Assembly (NCBI GenBank): GCA_026986905.1
Contig: JALSNQ010000006.1
Coordinates: 23,634-87,633 of the forward strand
Reading direction: 5' to 3'
Origin: Thermofilaceae archaeon
GTDB lineage: Archaea > Thermoproteota > Thermoprotei > Thermofilales > Thermofilaceae
Length of the DNA: 64,000 nt
Position 1 is the stretch's first letter. The number at the start of each line of letters is the position of its first letter. A program made the position numbers and the translations under genes. Positions 19,569-28,883 of the stretch are shown one piece after another. The notes under the pieces were generated by a model. That model did not search any database. It was not told the origin of the DNA and was given only the letters and a program-made list of their open reading frames with translations.

Positions 19569-20876
19569 ATGGAGGAGGCCCGTAGAGGTTTTCTTCGTGT
19601 AGTATCTCGTATAAAGAACTCTGTCCTACTGGATAAGCGCGAGGTAGACGAGGTTATAAGGGAGCTTCAGAGGGCCCTGCTCAGGGCTGACGTTGACGTC
19701 AGACTAGTCTTCGAGGTATCTAAGAAGGTTAGGGAGCGATTCTTCTCGGAAAAGGTTCCGCCGGGCTTTTCTAAACGCGAGGTTCTGCTTAAGATACTCT
19801 ACGAGGAGCTCGTGAAGCTGCTTGGAGGGGAGGAGCCCTACGAGTTCCGTGTGGATAAGAGGCCGAAGGTGGTGATGCTTGTAGGAATACAGGGGGCTGG
19901 CAAAACTACGACTGCCGCGAAGCTCGCCGCCTATTTGGCGAAGAGGGGGTACAGGGTTGGGCTTGTGTGCGCTGACACGTATAGGCCTGCGGCGTACCAG
20001 CAGCTTAAGCAGCTAAGCGAGAAGGTGGGCGCCAGGTTCTACGGTGAACCGGGCTCAGGGGATGCTGTAGGGATAGCTAGGCGGGGGGTAGAGGAGCTTA
20101 GGCGTATGGGCCTCGACGTTATCATAGTCGACACGGCTGGTAGGCACAAGGAGGAGAAGGGCCTGATAGAGGAGATGCGTAAAATTGCGTCGGCGGTGAA
20201 TCCCGACGAGACTATGCTAGTGATAGACTCCACCATCGGTAAGGCGGCCGGGAAGCAGGCAGCGGCGTTCCACGAGGCCGCGCCCATAGGATCAATAATT
20301 TTAACAAAGATGGATGGGAGCGCGAAGGGCGGTGGCGCGCTTTCAGCCGTGGCCGCGACGGGTGCAAGGGTTGCGTTCATAGGTGTTGGTGAGAAGGTCG
20401 ATGACCTGAAGCCATTTGACGCGCGTGAATACGTCTCTAGGCTTCTTGGGATGCCCGATTTAAAGGGCATACTGCAGCGGTTCGAGAAATTCGAGAAGAT
20501 TGAGAGGGAGAGGGCCCGCGCCATAGCCGCGGGAAAGCTTACGCTTCTCGACCTCCGCGATCAGCTGAGAAGGGTCAAGTCGATGGGGCCGCTCTCCTCC
20601 GTCTTGGAGGCCCTGGGCGGTGTCTCTTTGCCTAAGGGCGTGGCGGAGCAGGGGGAGAAAAATATTGAGAAGTGGCTTGTGATAATGGATTCCATGACTA
20701 TGGAGGAGCTGCTGGATCCATCTATAATCGATAAGTCGAGGGTTGAGCGCATTGCGAGGGGCTCCGGGACCAGCCCCAGGGATGTGAGGGAGCTTCTAGC
20801 GGCCTATAAGCGTACGAAGAAGCTCATGAGGCAGCTCTCCAAGTCTAGGCGCAAGTTCGCGGGCCTAGGGTTTTAG
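19569..20876 (+). CDS. srp54: Signal recognition particle protein SRP54
   Basis: GIQGAGKTTT, DTAGRH, TKMDGSAKGGGALS, M-domain SRVERIARGSG. Confidence 0.95.
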   Translation: MEEARRGFLRVVSRIKNSVLLDKREVDEVIRELQRALLRADVDVRLVFEVSKKVRERFFSEKVPPGFSKREVLLKILYEELVKLLGGEEPYEFRVDKRPKVVMLVGIQGAGKTTTAAKLAAYLAKRGYRVGLVCADTYRPAAYQQLKQLSEKVGARFYGEPGSGDAVGIARRGVEELRRMGLDVIIVDTAGRHKEEKGLIEEMRKIASAVNPDETMLVIDSTIGKAAGKQAAAFHEAAPIGSIILTKMDGSAKGGGALSAVAATGARVAFIGVGEKVDDLKPFDAREYVSRLLGMPDLKGILQRFEKFEKIERERARAIAAGKLTLLDLRDQLRRVKSMGPLSSVLEALGGVSLPKGVAEQGEKNIEKWLVIMDSMTMEELLDPSIIDKSRVERIARGSGTSPRDVRELLAAYKRTKKLMRQLSKSRRKFAGLGF

Positions 20877-20878
20877 CG

Positions 20879-21385
20879 GTGCAGCGAAGGGTCTTTACGG
20901 CGTGTTTTAGGGGCTTTTACGGCCTCCCCCAGCCGGTATTCTCTAAAATAGTCTCCTCTGCGTTCTTTCTGTCCCATGATATAAGGAGGGACGTGGAGCT
21001 CAACATAGTTTTCTTCGAGGAGGGCGTCGCTGCCCGGTTTATTGGGAGCCGGCTGCGTCATATACATGTCGACGAGGCTTCCCTCAGAGGGGTGTACAGG
21101 AAGCTGAGGCTAGCTGTTGAGAGGGGCGGCGGGAGCCCCCATTGGGGAGTGTATGTGACGCCTCTAAGGAAACTTTCCCGCATGCATGGATACGTGCCTT
21201 CGACTAAAGGGGTTGAGGTTCGCGAGGTTCGTTGCGGTACTACGTGTCTTTTCACCCTTGGATGTCCGTGGGGCGGCGTCGAGGTTAAGGTGTCCGTGAA
21301 GCCGAGGCCCATTGACGCGTACATTGCGCTCGTGAACATACTGCTTGACAGGATAGAAGAAGGCTTACCGCCTCTGCCTCCTTGA
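20879..21385 (+). CDS. tRNA pseudouridine-54 N1-methyltransferase (TrmY)-like SPOUT protein
   Basis: SAFFLSHDIRRDV, DEASL, HWGVYV; follows srp54. Confidence 0.65.
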   Translation: MQRRVFTACFRGFYGLPQPVFSKIVSSAFFLSHDIRRDVELNIVFFEEGVAARFIGSRLRHIHVDEASLRGVYRKLRLAVERGGGSPHWGVYVTPLRKLSRMHGYVPSTKGVEVREVRCGTTCLFTLGCPWGGVEVKVSVKPRPIDAYIALVNILLDRIEEGLPPLPP

Positions 21386-21387
21386 TG

Positions 21388-22245
21388 CTATAGTGAGAGC
21401 GCAGCTGCTAGGAGGAAAGGCGTTACTAGTGTGAGCGCCACGCCGTTTGATACTGAGGGTATCGCTGCCTCTTCCCCATAGACCGCGACATATATGGGAA
21501 GCGTGTTGTCCATTGTTGTCGCGCCGCCCAGGGCCAGTAGTCCTATAAACGGTCGCCTCAGAAGAGGCACAAGTAGGAACACGAGTTGCTCTCTGAGGAG
21601 GTTGACTATAAAGATTGAGAGGCCCTCCTCTACCCCTATATGGGAAGCGGCGAAGGGCCCGGAGAAGCTATACCACCCCATCCCCCAGGTGTATAGCAGG
21701 GATACCCTAAGCGGCGTTCCTATTATAACGGAGGCGGAAGCGGCGGCCAGCGCACCAGCGGCCAACGCGATGACACAGCTTTTTACCGTCACAGCAAGGC
21801 TTTTCCTAAAAACGTCGATCTCCACCCTCCTTGCAGTATCGAGGCCGGCTAAAGAGATAAGCGCCAAAACTTCCCCATCAATGAGTCTGCCAAGGGGCAC
21901 TGTACTCGGCGCCTTGAGAACGCTGCCTGTGAGAAATCCTGATACAACCACCAACCAAATTCTCCACGGTACTGGCGCCTCACCTCCTCCTCTCCATTCT
22001 TTCTCTCTTCCTTCCGCTGCAAGACCCAGCGCGACCGTGTAGAGGGTTGTTAGTGCGAGGTAGAGGAGTGCTTTGCCCAATAGTGATGCGGCGGCGCGTC
22101 CCGCTATAACGCTGGCGCCCCAGAAACCCACCGTGAAGACTACGAGGTAAACTGACGCTGAAAGCGCAGGCTCTATGTTTAACCTGATCCTGCGGCCCAG
22201 GGCAAGCGTCGCCGCAAATACAGCTATATATAGTAGCGGGGTCAT
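21388..22245 (-). CDS. LysO/DUF340 family membrane exporter
   Basis: GMGWYSFSG, NLLRE, GGATTMDNTLP; start moved downstream of the tRNA. Confidence 0.85.
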   Translation of the reverse strand: MTPLLYIAVFAATLALGRRIRLNIEPALSASVYLVVFTVGFWGASVIAGRAAASLLGKALLYLALTTLYTVALGLAAEGREKEWRGGGEAPVPWRIWLVVVSGFLTGSVLKAPSTVPLGRLIDGEVLALISLAGLDTARRVEIDVFRKSLAVTVKSCVIALAAGALAAASASVIIGTPLRVSLLYTWGMGWYSFSGPFAASHIGVEEGLSIFIVNLLREQLVFLLVPLLRRPFIGLLALGGATTMDNTLPIYVAVYGEEAAIPSVSNGVALTLVTPFLLAAALSL

Positions 22246-22284
22246 CCCGGTAACCCTACTTGAGCCGTAAGGGGTTATGAAAAA

Positions 22285-22360
22285 TGGTAGCCCGGGGGGG
22301 ATTCGAACCCCCGCCACGGGGGCCAAAGCCCCGTATGCTTGGCCACTACACCACCGGGCT
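22285..22360 (-). tRNA. tRNA-Gln(TTG), intronless, CCA encoded
   Basis: agcccgg...cgggg ct TTG gc ccccg...ggggg ttcgaat ccccc ccgggct a cca. Confidence 0.95.
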
Positions 22361-22382
22361 CCATTAGTATATGCCGCCCCGG

Positions 22383-23408
22383 CTAGATATTTTTCTCCCC
22401 TATCTCCTCCTCCGTGAGCTTGAGGCCCCTATAAGTTGCCTCCTTTTCCACAAGGCGCCCCCTACTTATGCCCGAAGCTATGTGTGCCCTGCCCTCGGGG
22501 TATATTCCTTTAAAGAGGCCCCTCTCTACACCCGTAAGCTCGAGCAGCGTACCGTCGTCCGTGACCATATGATGCGGCAGGGCGGACACCTGGCCGCGCC
22601 TATAATGCCTGAGCCCTGTCTGGTAATAGTCCTTAAAACTCGCCGGGCAGAAGTGGACGGTTATCGGCACACCCGTCTCCGCGGCCCAGCCCAGCACGTC
22701 TAACGCGGTCTCTCTGCTTCCCTCAGCAGTTCTATAATCTTCGGCTAGTCTGAACCCGGCCCTCCGTAGGGCAGCAGAGTTCGTCTCCGTGAACTCGAGC
22801 TCGTTGAGGTTTATGAAGGAGGCACCCATTTCCGCGGCAAGCGATATGATCTTTTTCAGGGTCTCACCGCCATTCGGCAGCACGGGGTATTCGAGCCCCA
22901 CGTCGACTTCACCCTCATACCTTAGGGCGATGCGGAGCTTCTCGGGTAGTAGGCTCAGCGGGGTATGTAGCCTAATCTCGTCTAGTCCTGCTCTCGCTAG
23001 AAGCCTCATCTTTTGTTCATCTAAGGTGAGCGCAGAGGTGTACAAGTGGATATGGAAATCGTCTCCAAAAGACTCCTTCAGCGTCCTTATAATCCACACG
23101 GTTCTATCCATCTTCTCTAGTGGATCCCCGCCTGTGATGCCGGCACCTAGGGACGCTGAAGTATACACCTCGTTCAATACAGCTGCTCTCAGGGCTTTAC
23201 GGGGCAAGTCTACGTCTATCTTTCTCTCATTTACGTAGAACACGTCACGGCTTCGGCGGGCCTTGGAGAGGGGACAGTAGAAGCATCGAGCTGGGCAAAG
23301 CCCCGTTAAAAAAACAACGCTCTTCAACCCCCGCTGGCATAGCTCGCAGCCGCGGGGGAGCCGCCCATACACGATGTTCCCGGTGGGGAGTACGCGTGCC
23401 CCGCCCAT
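22383..23408 (-). CDS. Radical SAM protein
   Basis: LPRGCELC, CPARCFYC, GITGGDP. Confidence 0.9.
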   Translation of the reverse strand: MGGARVLPTGNIVYGRLPRGCELCQRGLKSVVFLTGLCPARCFYCPLSKARRSRDVFYVNERKIDVDLPRKALRAAVLNEVYTSASLGAGITGGDPLEKMDRTVWIIRTLKESFGDDFHIHLYTSALTLDEQKMRLLARAGLDEIRLHTPLSLLPEKLRIALRYEGEVDVGLEYPVLPNGGETLKKIISLAAEMGASFINLNELEFTETNSAALRRAGFRLAEDYRTAEGSRETALDVLGWAAETGVPITVHFCPASFKDYYQTGLRHYRRGQVSALPHHMVTDDGTLLELTGVERGLFKGIYPEGRAHIASGISRGRLVEKEATYRGLKLTEEEIGEKNI

Positions 23409-23409
23409 C

Positions 23410-23682
23410 CTACTCCTCGTCCTTTAATTGTTCCAGCTGCGTTATTACCTGCCATATCCTGGTGCGCGCGTAGAGCGGGGCGTTTGGATCCATTGAGACC
23501 TCGTCCAGCTTGGATATCACGTTGGCGGCGCGCAGTCCAAGGGACATTTTATTATCTAGGAGTATCTCGATGGACTCTGCGGCGACCCGCCTAATGTTGC
23601 GGGGCACGCCGCGGTCCTCAGCGATCTGGCGTAGCAGTTCTATAGCGTTTTTAAGCTGCTGTGGCTGTTCCATATATATCAC
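23410..23682 (-). CDS. UPF0147 family protein
   Basis: DRGVPRNIRR, DPNAPLYART.IW. Confidence 0.9.
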   Translation of the reverse strand: MIYMEQPQQLKNAIELLRQIAEDRGVPRNIRRVAAESIEILLDNKMSLGLRAANVISKLDEVSMDPNAPLYARTRIWQVITQLEQLKDEE

Positions 23683-23822
23683 CTCTTCCCGGGCGATAGG
23701 CCTTTTAACCTAACATTGTTTTCTCCTAAAAACTTAGCGTGGCCTAGCTATCGGGTAAGGGTTGCCTGCATTTTATAGGTGGATCGTGGCCAAGCGATAA
23801 ATACTGAGGCGCATAGTGTGGG

Positions 23823-25109
23823 ATGGTGCCTGACGTGGGGGACGCCGTCAAGGCCGTTGAAGGCTGGGTAAACAATTCAAAGGTTCTCGGCAGGATAGCC
23901 TTCCTCGAGGTAATCGACGACCTCAGCTTGGGCGTTTTAACTGTAGTTGTCAAGAGAAGCGAGGTTGGGCCAGAGACCTGGGAGCTTGTGAAGAAGATAA
24001 AGATAGGCTCCGCGGTGCGCGTCGAAGGCGTAGAACCGCCAGAGGTTGTTAGCCGTAAGGGCCGCGAACTTCATGCCCTCAGGGTCGAGGTTCTGGCAGA
24101 GCCCGAGGAGCCTCTGCCGGTAGACGTTACGGGAAAGACGCCGGCCGGCCTCGAGACTAGGCTGGAGTACCGCTATGTTTCGCTCCGGCTCCCGGCTTAT
24201 AGGGCGATATTCGTGGCTAGGGCTAGGCTCGCCAGGTATACTAGGGAGTACTTCGAGGAGAAGGGTTTCCTGGAGGTCCACACCCCCAAACTCGTGGGGG
24301 CCGGCGCTGAGGGGGGTGCGACGCTCTTCCGTGTAGACTACTTCGGCGGTACCGCGTATCTTTCCCAGAGCCCCCAGCTATACAAGCAGATGCTTATGTG
24401 CGGTGTGCCTAGGGTGTTCGAGATAACGCCCTACTTTAGGGCAGAGAAGTTCGACACACCCCGCCACTTAAACGAGAGCTGGGGTGTCGATGCCGAGATG
24501 GGGTTTATACGGAGCCACCACGACGTGATGGACATCCTTGAAGGGTACGTCCGGCATGTTTCTCAGAGGCTTGACGAGGAGATGGGCGATGAGCTGAGGA
24601 GGCTCGGGTTCCGCCCTCTAGGCAAGCTGGGTAATATACCCCGGGTGACGTACAGGGAGGCTATAGGCATAGTTGAGGAGCGGGGCCATCGTGTAGAGGG
24701 GGAGGGGGGCGATCTCGATACTAGGGCTGAGAGAATTCTAGGGGAATACATGGCGGAGCAGGGCTACGACGCCTACTTTATAGTGGACTATCCGTGGGAG
24801 GCGAAGCCCTTCTACATCATGAGGGAGGAGAATGGGCTAAGCAGGTCTTTTGACTTGGATATACGTGGGACCGAAATCGCGTCGGGCGGTCAACGGGAAC
24901 ATAGGAGGAGTGTTCTATACTCCAACCTTGTAGAGAAGGGCTTGGATCCCTCGAGCTTCAAATTCTACCTTGAGGCGTTCAAGTACGGCATGCCTCCGCA
25001 CGGCGGCTTCGGCCTAGGCTTCGACAGGCTTCTCATGAAGCTTCTCGGCCTGGATAATATAAGAGAGGTTGTGCTGTTCCCCCGTGACAGGTTCCACCTT
25101 GTCCCATAG
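23823..25109 (+). CDS. aspS: Aspartyl-tRNA synthetase
   Basis: EGGATLF, SQSPQLYKQ, FRAE...RHLNE, EIASGGQR, PPHGGFGLGFDR. Confidence 0.92.
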   Translation: MVPDVGDAVKAVEGWVNNSKVLGRIAFLEVIDDLSLGVLTVVVKRSEVGPETWELVKKIKIGSAVRVEGVEPPEVVSRKGRELHALRVEVLAEPEEPLPVDVTGKTPAGLETRLEYRYVSLRLPAYRAIFVARARLARYTREYFEEKGFLEVHTPKLVGAGAEGGATLFRVDYFGGTAYLSQSPQLYKQMLMCGVPRVFEITPYFRAEKFDTPRHLNESWGVDAEMGFIRSHHDVMDILEGYVRHVSQRLDEEMGDELRRLGFRPLGKLGNIPRVTYREAIGIVEERGHRVEGEGGDLDTRAERILGEYMAEQGYDAYFIVDYPWEAKPFYIMREENGLSRSFDLDIRGTEIASGGQREHRRSVLYSNLVEKGLDPSSFKFYLEAFKYGMPPHGGFGLGFDRLLMKLLGLDNIREVVLFPRDRFHLVP

Positions 25110-25118
25110 GTGTAGAGC

Positions 25119-25433
25119 TTGGACCTCGAGAAGCAGGCTAGGAGAGCCGTGGATGGCGGACGTGTAGTAAAGGTGATTTTCAGGGGAGGAGAGTTTTTCC
25201 TCGTGGAGAGCCGTGATAGGAAGAAGTCCTACCTCGTCTACCCGGGGCTATACTGTAGCTGCCCCGACTTCCTGTTTAGCGTGCATATAAGGCATGCTAG
25301 GCCCGCATGCTACCATATGCGCGCGGTGGAGATAGCCCTTAAGGAGGGAAAATACAGGACGTGGAGGGTGGACGAGGCGGAGAGCTCTTGGGAAAAGCTC
25401 TTTCGTAAAATAGTTAGCGGTATATTCTTGTAG
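25119..25433 (+). CDS. SWIM zinc-finger protein
   Basis: CSCPDF...CYH motif. Confidence 0.85.
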   Translation: MDLEKQARRAVDGGRVVKVIFRGGEFFLVESRDRKKSYLVYPGLYCSCPDFLFSVHIRHARPACYHMRAVEIALKEGKYRTWRVDEAESSWEKLFRKIVSGIFL

Positions 25434-25506
25434 CCGCTCATCGGCCGGAAAGGCTATGTGTAAATTTCGGAGTTTAGGAACAGTTGATACTACACTCTAA
25501 GAGGTC

Positions 25507-26883
25507 GTGTTGATGAGTGAGGAGGGCAGCGAGTACAAGAGGCTCGTCGAGGAGATAGCCCGCGTAAAGGGGCTCAGCGTGGCTGAAGTAGAGGAGATGG
25601 TTGAGAAAAAAATCAGGGAATTCGAGGGTCTCATAAAGAAAGACGCGGCGGCCCTAATGCTTGCCCGAAGCCTGGGTGTTGAAGCCGAGACAGCCCACGC
25701 GGACGTTGTGGGCAGCCTGAAGCTCGCCGACCTCGTACCGGGCTTCTTCGGAATCGAGGTTGAGGGCGTGGTCATCGAGAGGGGGGAACCTAGGGAGAGT
25801 AGGAGGGGTGACCTGTTTGCGAGGCTTATAATAGCGGATGAGACGGCGGCAGTCCCCCTTGTGGCCTGGGGGCCCCATGCCGCTAAGCTACGCGGCGTTT
25901 CCCTCGGCGATAAGGCGGTTTTTCGGAACGTCTCCGTGAGGCGTCGAGGAAACGGCGTTGAAGTTGTTTTCTCTGAGAGGAGTAGCGTAGAGGTTGAAGG
26001 AAGCGTTGAGCCGGGAACCCTATGGCGTCTCTCGAGGGAGTATGAGGCCAGGACGCTCGTTCTGGAATGCGGCGCCGCGTCCTGTAGTGCAAGGGCGTGC
26101 TGCCTGTACGGGTTTACGCCAGATGGGACGCCTGCCAGCCTCATGGTTCCAGGCGAGCTGGGGGAGGCTGATTATACGAGGCGGGTTATCGCCGCGTCCA
26201 GGGTTTCTCTAAGGGGGACGTCCCCCATCTCTGCTAGGCTTTACAGGGGAGGCGTGATAGATGTGGTGGCTGGCGGCCAGGCTTCTAGGGAAATGGGAGA
26301 TGTGAGAGGAGAGTTCTCTCTCTCAGGGGTCTTGGCGGGATACATTGTTTTTAGAGCGAAGGGGGGTAGACTGTTCATAGTTGGAGGTGAGACGCCCGCC
26401 GCTATAGCCGTCTTCGACGATGAGGAGTTCTTGGAGGCGGCCAGGAGCCTTGGCCGCGAAGTAGAAGTGTGGGGGTTTAGGAAGAGTACGCGGGGATTGG
26501 TGGCGAATGATTGTTTCAAGCTAAATGTGCTGGGCCCGGCGGCCGTCCGCTATAGTGAGGGCCGCCTCGTTGAGGGGGGATGGATACGTGCCTCTGCCTC
26601 TCTATTGGACATGTCCGTCTATACTAGGTGTATGGGTAACGAGGTCTTGGTTACGCTCCGCATGCTCATAGATGACGGGGTGGGAAGGGTTAGGGCCTTC
26701 ACCTCGGGGGTTGAAGCGCTAGGAAGGCTCCTCGGGCTGGACCCCGAGGATGTGTGCGGGGAGGGTGCTGAGAGCATAGTAGAGTTCGCGGTGGAGGAGG
26801 CCCGTGGAGCGGACTATGTGTTTTCAGGATTTAACGATGTTGAGAGGAAGGTTATGTACGTCTTAGAGGTTGAGGGAGATTAG
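25507..26883 (+). CDS. RPA-like multi-OB-fold ssDNA-binding protein
   Basis: N-terminal helical EF.GLI...AA.LM.A..LGV region, OB motif LIIADETAAVPLVAW, second LIDDGVG motif. Confidence 0.65.
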   Translation: MLMSEEGSEYKRLVEEIARVKGLSVAEVEEMVEKKIREFEGLIKKDAAALMLARSLGVEAETAHADVVGSLKLADLVPGFFGIEVEGVVIERGEPRESRRGDLFARLIIADETAAVPLVAWGPHAAKLRGVSLGDKAVFRNVSVRRRGNGVEVVFSERSSVEVEGSVEPGTLWRLSREYEARTLVLECGAASCSARACCLYGFTPDGTPASLMVPGELGEADYTRRVIAASRVSLRGTSPISARLYRGGVIDVVAGGQASREMGDVRGEFSLSGVLAGYIVFRAKGGRLFIVGGETPAAIAVFDDEEFLEAARSLGREVEVWGFRKSTRGLVANDCFKLNVLGPAAVRYSEGRLVEGGWIRASASLLDMSVYTRCMGNEVLVTLRMLIDDGVGRVRAFTSGVEALGRLLGLDPEDVCGEGAESIVEFAVEEARGADYVFSGFNDVERKVMYVLEVEGD

Positions 26884-26920
26884 TTTTTCTAGCAGCTAGG
26901 GCTATGTGTGGTGAGGCGTT

Positions 26921-27238
26921 ATGGGTAGGAGGAGGCGTAGGCGTAAGATACGTTTAAAGCCTAGGCGTAGTTTGCCTAAAATATTTCAATGCCCGCGTTG
27001 CGGCGAGACGTCTGTTAGCGTGATGATAGACAGGCGGAAAGGCGTGGCCAGGGTTGTCTGCTCTAACTGTGGACTGGAGGCGGAGTTTGAATATAACCCC
27101 TATTTGGCGGAGGTCGACTACTATAGTCGTTTCCTCGATGCGTACGAGGAGGGTAAAATAGGTGTAGAGGAAGAGGAGGAATCCAGGGAAGGCGAAGAGT
27201 CCGAGGGCGAGTATTATGGAGGGGAAGAAGTGGAGTAG
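26921..27238 (+). CDS. elf1: Transcription elongation factor Elf1
   Basis: MGRRR, LPKIFQCPRC...CSNC, VDYYS.F.D, acidic tail. Confidence 0.9.
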   Translation: MGRRRRRRKIRLKPRRSLPKIFQCPRCGETSVSVMIDRRKGVARVVCSNCGLEAEFEYNPYLAEVDYYSRFLDAYEEGKIGVEEEEESREGEESEGEYYGGEEVE

Positions 27239-27995
27239 TGTACGGGACTACATACTTGAGGGTATAAAGAAGCATGGAGCGCTCCACATGACGCTAATAG
27301 ACCCGGATAAAACCGGGCCTGAAGAGGCGGCGGAGATAGGCAAGGCCGCCCATAGGGCCGGCACATCGGCCATAATGGTGGGCGGCAGCATCGGCGTGTC
27401 CGAGAGCATGACGGACGACATAGTGTTGTCTATTAAAAGGGAAGTCGATATACCGGTTATACTGTTCCCAGGTTCTCCAACCGCGCTTAGCAGGCACGCA
27501 GACGCTGTATGGTTTATCTCCGTGTTGAATTCCCAGAACCCATACTTCATTACTGGGGCTCAGATGCAGGGCGCCTTTATTGTAAAGAAGTATGGGCTTG
27601 AGGTACTATCACTCGGGTACATAATAGTCGGCGTCGGCGGGGCGGTATCCATTGTCAGCTATACCAGGCCCCTTCCATTCAACAAGCCCGAGATAGTTGC
27701 TGCCTACGCGCTGGCCGCAGAGTACATAGGCTTCAGCTTTATATACCTGGAAGGCGGCTCCGGCGGGAAGCCTGTGCCCGCCGAGACGGTGGCCCTCGTG
27801 AGGAAGGCCGTGAAAGTGCCTCTAGTAGTGGGAGGAGGAATACGTGACGCGAAGACCGCCTATAAACTGGTGAAAGCTGGGGCCGACATCATAGTCACCG
27901 GTACAATAGTTGAGGAGGCGGACGACGTAGAGGAAAAACTCAGGGAAATAGTTGACGGTGTGAGAAGGGGCGCCGAGGATAGGCTAAGGCGTTAA
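27216..27995 (+). CDS. Geranylgeranylglyceryl phosphate synthase
   Basis: HMTLIDPDK, MVGGS, YLEGGSG, VGGGIR, VTGT. Confidence 0.95.
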   Translation: MEGKKWSSVRDYILEGIKKHGALHMTLIDPDKTGPEEAAEIGKAAHRAGTSAIMVGGSIGVSESMTDDIVLSIKREVDIPVILFPGSPTALSRHADAVWFISVLNSQNPYFITGAQMQGAFIVKKYGLEVLSLGYIIVGVGGAVSIVSYTRPLPFNKPEIVAAYALAAEYIGFSFIYLEGGSGGKPVPAETVALVRKAVKVPLVVGGGIRDAKTAYKLVKAGADIIVTGTIVEEADDVEEKLREIVDGVRRGAEDRLRR

Positions 27996-28190
27996 CGCGC
28001 CGAATACGCCCAGGTGCGCCATTATCACTACTACGGCGGTGAGGAAAGTCGCGGCTAGAACTAGCTCAGGCCTAACCTTTATTCCTCCAATGTCTTCTTC
28101 AAAGAAGGTCATCAGGCCCGCGGCCGAGAGCGGCTGCGGGGATCTCTCCTTGTCTTTTTTCTTCTTCTTAGACTTCCTCCTGGGGGGCAA
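27984..28190 (-). CDS. secG: Preprotein translocase Sec61beta/SecG
   Basis: SAAGLMTFFEE...KVRPE plus a single TM. Confidence 0.9.
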   Translation of the reverse strand: MPPRRKSKKKKKDKERSPQPLSAAGLMTFFEEDIGGIKVRPELVLAATFLTAVVVIMAHLGVFGALTP

Positions 28191-28225
28191 CGACCACCAC
28201 CTTAGAATTAGACAGGCCTCCAGGC

Positions 28226-28795
28226 TTATCCGCTTTTCGCACCATCCACTTCCTCGACGAGCAGTTTTCTCCTGTCCGCGTTCTCTATTTTGCTTAGCCC
28301 CTCCCTGTCGTCGATGACCACTGTGAACCCCCCTCCCAGATGTTCTACCTTTTCGCGGAGTCTTCTCTCCTCTTCCGTCTCCTCGCCCCCCTCCATCGCC
28401 CTAATCCTCTCCGCCGCGTCTATGAACATCCTCAAAATGCCCTCGATGTTTGTGACAAACATCTCTGCGTCTATCCCTGGCTCCATTTCGAGCCCTAGTT
28501 CGGGGATCTTAATCCTAGCGTAAGGCGACCTGATAACCTTTGCCTCGTAGTCCCTCTCTCCCTCTACCTTGTAGTATATCCTTTTGTGGCCTTCGCTTCT
28601 GAGGGGTATTACGTCGTTGCGGCGATAACCGCATTTAGTGCAGACCTTGTTTACTATAATCACCGGTCCCATGCCGGGTACGTCGTACTGTGTTTCGGTC
28701 ACCACCATGTCTCCCCCGCAAAAGGGGCATTTCATCTTAAAGCTGCCCAAAACCTTCCCGTACGTAGTCTTTTTCCCCGCGTTTCTTTCCTCCAT
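28226..28795 (-). CDS. ZPR1 zinc-finger protein
   Basis: CPFC...CTKCGYR, IPELGLE.EPG, TNIEG, DDREGLS. Confidence 0.9.
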   Translation of the reverse strand: MEERNAGKKTTYGKVLGSFKMKCPFCGGDMVVTETQYDVPGMGPVIIVNKVCTKCGYRRNDVIPLRSEGHKRIYYKVEGERDYEAKVIRSPYARIKIPELGLEMEPGIDAEMFVTNIEGILRMFIDAAERIRAMEGGEETEEERRLREKVEHLGGGFTVVIDDREGLSKIENADRRKLLVEEVDGAKSG

Positions 28796-28883
28796 AGCCG
28801 GCCACCTCGCCAGAGAATAATCCTGCTATTATGTGATAATGAAATATATACCCGATTTACCCCCTACCTTCAGGTCGGTGAGA

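Noticed and set aside
23780..23845. Possible frameshifted N-terminal extension of aspS across a G5 run
   Set aside because: The ATG at 23823 already gives a near full-length protein; an extension cannot be supported without alignment
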